NCBI GenBank assembly: GCA_017429285.1
Contig: JAFRPF010000001.1
Location: 40,299-104,298 of the forward strand
Origin: Bacilli bacterium
GTDB lineage: Bacteria > Bacillota_I > Bacilli_A > RFN20 > CAG-826
DNA length: 64,000 nucleotides
Reading direction: 5' to 3'
The notes under the pieces were generated by a model. The model ran no database searches. It was not told the DNA's origin and saw nothing but the letters and a program-made list of their open reading frames with translations. Shown here one piece after another: positions 59,408 to 64,000 of this stretch; within the stretch, counting starts at the first letter, position 1, and the number at the start of each line of letters is the position of its first letter. The position numbers and the translations under genes were made by a program.

Positions 59408-60550
59408 TCATTTTTTATAAGAGATGGTCGATGGTCCATATTCTCCATATTCACAACCAACATTATAGACATTAATATCATCGATAAGTTTGCCTTTATG
59501 AAATAGTTGAATCCGCCCCACACCATTACCACCATTAAATAAACGGTTATGTAATTTCTTTCCGTTTGGGGCTTCATAATTAACAAGAAGCATATCCTCT
59601 TTTAAACAAGTTATATCAGTGATCATTTTATTATTCCAAGTCTTCTGTTCGACATGCCACACTATATGTGTATCTGTTTCATAACAATCAAATTTTGTTC
59701 TAGTATTTGTCCAGAATTTAGAGAAATTAAATTCATAGCATTTACCTTCATAGTAGAAAGCACTTAGTAATTTGCCTTCTAAGGCAATAAATCCAACTTT
59801 AGGACGGCCACCACCGATATCAAAGACACTGTTTTCTAGCTTTTTATTAGTGATATTACTTACCATATTGTTGCTAGATAACCAAACCCAAGGAGATGTA
59901 AAATCTTTACCCCAGTTCTTATCGGAATAGCCATAGCTATCTTCTTTTCTAACAATGTATTCTTCACCGTCCGCGATTATTGTACCTGAGAATCTAGATT
60001 TCATTCCTTCAGCGTGCCAAAACATTTCAAAAAGTTGAAGATGTCTAAATAGCCACCCCGCTCCATAACCAACATTAAAAGCGATATCTTTTTCTATTTT
60101 TAAATCCCATGAAATGGAACCATAATCGCACATATATTCAGGATGTTTCTCCGATTCTTCTTTAGAAATGGAAATATTTCCTCTACTTTGATACTCATCT
60201 AAACAACAATCATCCGCGCTTATTGAAAATGGTGCTTTATAATTAACTTTTATCTTTTTCCAGCCAAAGAAACGATGGAGTTGCTTAGCACCTTTCCCCC
60301 AGTAGCCGATTTTGACCATTAGGTATGATGGTTTGATACCGGCTTCTTGATTTTCTTTTAATTGACCAAATACGGGTTCTTCTCCACCTCTTTTTGGATT
60401 GATTAAAAAGAATTCTAAAAAGAATGGGCGTGGTTCACCTGTTTTTGCGTTATAGGCTGTAAAAGAATGCCACCACCAATCATAGCCTTTCTTTCCTTGC
60501 CCACCATATAATTGGCATCTATTTCTTTGTTGTGATTTTTTGTTAAACAT
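59408..60550 (-). CDS. Tocopherol-cyclase-like protein
   Basis: GYDWWWHSF, FFLEFF.INP and GYSDKNWGKDFTSPWVW motifs typical of the family; GGGAGT RBS. Confidence 0.75.
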   Translation of the reverse strand: MFNKKSQQRNRCQLYGGQGKKGYDWWWHSFTAYNAKTGEPRPFFLEFFLINPKRGGEEPVFGQLKENQEAGIKPSYLMVKIGYWGKGAKQLHRFFGWKKIKVNYKAPFSISADDCCLDEYQSRGNISISKEESEKHPEYMCDYGSISWDLKIEKDIAFNVGYGAGWLFRHLQLFEMFWHAEGMKSRFSGTIIADGEEYIVRKEDSYGYSDKNWGKDFTSPWVWLSSNNMVSNITNKKLENSVFDIGGGRPKVGFIALEGKLLSAFYYEGKCYEFNFSKFWTNTRTKFDCYETDTHIVWHVEQKTWNNKMITDITCLKEDMLLVNYEAPNGKKLHNRLFNGGNGVGRIQLFHKGKLIDDINVYNVGCEYGEYGPSTISYKK

Positions 60551-60575
60551 AGTTTTACTCCCGATTCATTATAAC

Positions 60576-60602
60576 AAAAAAGCCGTCCTATATGGACGAC
60601 TT
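60576..60602 (-). terminator. Terminator of the rpsF-ssb-rpsR operon
   Basis: AAG.CGTCC-TATAT-GGACG.CTT with an A-run on the left. Confidence 0.7.
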
Positions 60603-60622
60603 AATTGACATTGAACAAATTA

Positions 60623-60850
60623 TTAATCTTCAACATATGGGAGAAGAGCCATTGTTCTCGCACGTTTAATCGCGACGGCTAATTCTCTTTGATGTTTAGC
60701 ACAAGTACCAGTTCCTCTACGTGGAGAAATTTTTCCATTTGGAGTAATCATGGTCTTTAAAGTTTCAATATCTTTATAATCAATGAATTTTGATTTGTTT
60801 TTGCAAAACACACAGACTTTTTTGTGTGGTCTAACTTTTCTAAATGCCAT
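60623..60850 (-). CDS. rpsR: 30S ribosomal protein S18
   Basis: C.FC...IDYKD...[23 protein letters not shown]. Confidence 0.98.
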   Translation of the reverse strand: MAFRKVRPHKKVCVFCKNKSKFIDYKDIETLKTMITPNGKISPRRGTGTCAKHQRELAVAIKRARTMALLPYVED

Positions 60851-60868
60851 TTTTATTTTCCTTTCTTA

Positions 60869-61300
60869 TTAGAATGGAAGATCATCATCTGGCAAGTCTA
60901 ATGAATCAAGATTTTTTCCTTCATCAGCGGTATTTGGAACATCACTTTCAAATGTGATTTGTTCTTCACCTGCACCTTGAGCTTTTGGACCCAAGAATTC
61001 GACGCTATCACAGATAACTTCGATGACAGAACCTTTGGTTCCATCTTGACGTTGGAAACTGCGTTGATTTAGACGGCCATCGACGCCCACCAATGATCCT
61101 TTTCTCATGAATTTTGTTAAATTATCAGCGTTTTGTTGAAACACGGTGCAGTTAATAAAACTTGCGGTTTTACTACCATCTGGATTTTTTCCACGATTAT
61201 CAACAGCGATGGTAAATGAACAAACTGATGTACCAGAATTGGATCTTCTTAGTTCTGGATCGCGAGTTAAACGACCCACTAAAACTACATGATTAATCAT
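60869..61300 (-). CDS. ssb: Single-stranded DNA-binding protein
   Basis: INHVVLVGRLTRDPELR and a C-terminal DDDLPF. Confidence 0.98.
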   Translation of the reverse strand: MINHVVLVGRLTRDPELRRSNSGTSVCSFTIAVDNRGKNPDGSKTASFINCTVFQQNADNLTKFMRKGSLVGVDGRLNQRSFQRQDGTKGSVIEVICDSVEFLGPKAQGAGEEQITFESDVPNTADEGKNLDSLDLPDDDLPF

Positions 61301-61315
61301 TAAAGATTATCCTCC

Positions 61316-61606
61316 TTATTCTTGATCGGCGACGATTAAGAATCTTAAGACATTCGCATTATGTCTCACTTTACGGTTGAATTCGTAAAGAGCGACTTGC
61401 TCAGCACTAACTTTGAGGACGACATAATATCCTTTTGTTTCATCATCAATTGGATACGCGAGGTCACGTAATCCGAACTTTTCATCGACTTTTTCGATTT
61501 TAGCACCATTCTTTGTTAACAAAGCGGCTAATTTTTCTTGTTCAGCTTTACGACCTTCTTCGTCTAAGTTGGCTTTTAAAATGTACATAATTTCGTATTT
61601 GCGCAT
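61316..61606 (-). CDS. rpsF: 30S ribosomal protein S6
   Basis: MRKYEIMYI, G.RDLAYPI and GYYVV. Start at 61606 fits the GGGAGG spacing. Confidence 0.97.
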   Translation of the reverse strand: MRKYEIMYILKANLDEEGRKAEQEKLAALLTKNGAKIEKVDEKFGLRDLAYPIDDETKGYYVVLKVSAEQVALYEFNRKVRHNANVLRFLIVADQE

Positions 61607-61612
61607 TTTCAT

Positions 61613-61675
61613 ACCTCCCTATGGTCTTCTGGCTATTAATCGCTAATAGCAGAGAGTCTGCTTATATAAAAGCAT
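61613..61675 (-). promoter_or_regulatory. Probable S6:S18 autoregulatory mRNA leader
   Basis: ACTCTCT, then hairpin GCTATTA/TAATAGC, then AGACCATAGGGAGG. The pyrimidine tract can pair with the RBS, as in Firmicute rpsF leaders. Confidence 0.55.
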
Positions 61676-61740
61676 TATGTATTATACATATTAGATATTT
61701 GTTTAGCAAGCACGTATGTGCATATATGAGACAATTCAAT

Positions 61741-63126
61741 TTAAATTGTGTTTATTTCACGTTTGGGAAATATTTGATAGCCATATCTATGTTGATAAAT
61801 AAACATAAATGTCATTGTCATAGCCATAGATAAGAATTCCGCAACAATAATGGAAACCCAAATTCCATCCACACCCATAATTAAAGGTAAAACAAATACC
61901 GCAATAAGTTGAAAAACTAATGTTCTACAAAATGATATGAGTAATGATATTAATCCATTGCTAAGCGCGGTAAAAAAGGCAGAACCAAACATTGAAAAAC
62001 CGGCAAATAAATAGCAGAAAGAATATATCATCATCGCCTTTGAAGTAAGTTTATGAAGCTCTGGATAATCATTAGCAAATATATAGCTAAATGGATTAGA
62101 TAAAAATATTGAAGAAGTAGTCATAACTATTCCAACAATTCCCACAATAATTAGGCTTTTTCTTAAAATATTGGTCAGTTCTGCATGGTTTTTCGCTCCA
62201 TAGTTGTATCCGATGACCGGAGCAATTCCAACAGAATATCCAATAAAAATAGCAAAGAACACGAAACAGACATAAGCGATAATTCCATAAGCGGAAACAC
62301 CATTTTCGCCGAGGTATTTTAGTAGTTGAATATTAAAGACTATATTGATAATCGAACCTGCGACATTACTCGCAAATTCACTACTACCATTAATCGCAGC
62401 TTTTAAAACAATTTTTAGATCTTTTGCGGGTCTAGATAAATGAATTAAATGATTCCTACCAAAAGAAAAATAAATTAATGGCCCAACAAAAGAAATTAAC
62501 ATACCACTTAATGATGCAATAGCTGCACCAGCAACATTTAATTTCGCTACTCCGATTAATAGATAATCTAAAAGCATATTTGTTAAACCGGAAACCAAAG
62601 TAAATAAGAATCCATGAAAGCTTTTTTCATTAACAGAAAAGAAAGGATGAAAATATCCTTGCATGATATATAAAGAAATTCCACCAATCATAATTCGGCC
62701 ATAAAGGGTAGCCGAATCTATCATCTCTTTTGTGGTTTCTATAGAATTAATCGAAGCAAAAGCTTGAGCAATAGGTCTAACTAAAAAGAAAAATATGCCT
62801 GTTAATATCAAACCAATAACAAATGTGGAGATTGTTATTAACGTAAAAGCCCGATTAGCACCTTCTTTATCTTGTTCTCCAAGTTTTTTACTAACATAGG
62901 CGGCACCGCCACTGCCAAACATAAAGCCAACACAAGCCACAATCATGATGACTGGAAAGATTAAATTGACTCCTGCAAAAGCAGAGCTGCCCACATAATT
63001 AGAAATAAAAAAGCCATCAACAATCCAATAAATAGATGTAAATAGCATCATTAAAATTGGAGATATCGTAAATCTAAATATCTTTCGAAAAGTAAAATGA
63101 TCAGATAAATGTATCTTTTCCATCAT
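61741..63126 (-). CDS. MATE family efflux transporter
   Basis: IYWIVDGFFISNYVG..AFAGVNL, N.LLDYLLI and IAPVIGYNYGA; 12 TM. Confidence 0.92.
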   Translation of the reverse strand: MMEKIHLSDHFTFRKIFRFTISPILMMLFTSIYWIVDGFFISNYVGSSAFAGVNLIFPVIMIVACVGFMFGSGGAAYVSKKLGEQDKEGANRAFTLITISTFVIGLILTGIFFFLVRPIAQAFASINSIETTKEMIDSATLYGRIMIGGISLYIMQGYFHPFFSVNEKSFHGFLFTLVSGLTNMLLDYLLIGVAKLNVAGAAIASLSGMLISFVGPLIYFSFGRNHLIHLSRPAKDLKIVLKAAINGSSEFASNVAGSIINIVFNIQLLKYLGENGVSAYGIIAYVCFVFFAIFIGYSVGIAPVIGYNYGAKNHAELTNILRKSLIIVGIVGIVMTTSSIFLSNPFSYIFANDYPELHKLTSKAMMIYSFCYLFAGFSMFGSAFFTALSNGLISLLISFCRTLVFQLIAVFVLPLIMGVDGIWVSIIVAEFLSMAMTMTFMFIYQHRYGYQIFPKREINTI

Positions 63127-63153
63127 ATGTTATAGATTTTATAGGAAATGTAA

Positions 63154-63182
63154 GAAAAAAGGAATCAACTGATTCCTCTTTA
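63154..63182 (-). terminator. Terminator after lysS
   Basis: AGGAATC-AACT-GATTCCT with an A-run on the left. Confidence 0.75.
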
Positions 63183-64000
63183 TTATTTATCTCTCATAGT
63201 TGGGAATAAGATAACTTCCCTAATTTGAGCTTGGTTAGTTAATAACATAGTTAAACGATCAATACCCATACCAACACCACCGGTTGGAGCCATGCCGTAT
63301 TCAAGAGCTTCAATGAAGTCGACGTCCATATCGCTAGCTTCCTCGTCACCAAGTTCTTTAGCTTTTAGTTGATCCAAAAATCTCTGTCTTTGATCAATTG
63401 GGTCATTAAGTTCGCTATAAGCATTAGCGAGTTCCCTACCATTCACAAATAATTCAAATCTTTCAGTGAAGCGTGGATCTTTACCTTTTTTGGTTAAAGG
63501 AGATACTTCAATTGGGTAGGAATAAACAAATGTTGGTTGAATTAAATCATCTTGACATAACTCTTCAAAGAATTCATTCATTACATAACCTACAGTATTC
63601 TTGAATTTATCAAGGTGAATCTCGTATTTATCAGCTAAAGACTTAGCTTCTTCAAAAGAAGTGATTTTAGAGAAGTCAATTCCAGTCTTTTCTTTGATTA
63701 AATCGTTCATTGAAACCCATCTGAATGGAGATTTGAAATCAATTTCTTTATCTTGATACTTAACAATCGCGGATCCAGTCACGTTTTTAGCGACTGTACG
63801 AATCATTTTTTCGGTTAAAGCACCGATACCTCTTAAATCAGAGAAAGCTTGATAAATTTCAATAGAAGTAAATTCTGGGTTATGGCTTGCGTCCATACCT
63901 TCGTTTCTAAACATTCTACCGATTTCATAAACTCTTTCCATGCCGCCAACAATTAGACGTTTTAAGTTCAATTCTGTCGCAATTCTAAGGTAAAAGTCCT
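63183..64000 (-). CDS. lysS: Lysine--tRNA ligase, C-terminal part (continues past the window edge)
   Basis: [29 protein letters not shown] and GMGIDRL. Confidence 0.97.
   Translation of the reverse strand, partial: DFYLRIATELNLKRLIVGGMERVYEIGRMFRNEGMDASHNPEFTSIEIYQAFSDLRGIGALTEKMIRTVAKNVTGSAIVKYQDKEIDFKSPFRWVSMNDLIKEKTGIDFSKITSFEEAKSLADKYEIHLDKFKNTVGYVMNEFFEELCQDDLIQPTFVYSYPIEVSPLTKKGKDPRFTERFELFVNGRELANAYSELNDPIDQRQRFLDQLKAKELGDEEASDMDVDFIEALEYGMAPTGGVGMGIDRLTMLLTNQAQIREVILFPTMRDK

Noticed and set aside
61621-61833. 70-aa plus-strand ORF between rpsF and the MATE gene
   Set aside because: Antisense to the rpsF leader and promoter and to the MATE 3' end, with no RBS.

Overview
AT-rich chromosomal window read with genetic code 11 (TGA acts as stop in ATGA overlaps). 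Gene content and order suggest a reduced-genome Bacilli/Mollicutes-adjacent anaerobe; this placement is inference. Mostly minus-strand housekeeping genes: rnfCDGE, gatCAB, galE, pcrA-ligA, asnS, tsaEB-rimI-tsaD, ung, gdpP-rplI-dnaB-walJ-rlmH, rpsF-ssb-rpsR and partial lysS. RNA elements: tRNA-Ala(GGC), tRNA-Arg(CCU), tmRNA, a TPP riboswitch, a probable compact 6S RNA and a probable S6:S18 leader. Accessory blocks: licD-tarI-tarJ, a Wzx/Wzy polysaccharide locus with a TupA-like ATP-grasp protein, a six-gene fatty-acyl activation/transfer operon, and about 10 kb of transporter, lipoprotein and trpB genes between rpsR and gdpP. No CRISPR array, transposase, integrase or prophage was seen. Best leads: (1) a solitary PemK/MazF-like ORF flanked by a leader hairpin covering its RBS and a structured antisense tRNA trailer; (2) the lipid operon, with a Cys-nucleophile alpha/beta hydrolase and a His-to-Asn DegV; (3) an HTH-TrpB fusion with no trpA nearby; (4) about ten apparently leaderless promoters; (5) a 47-aa acidic microprotein divergent from a membrane-anchored XRE regulator. 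All family assignments come from motif recognition by eye, not database searches.
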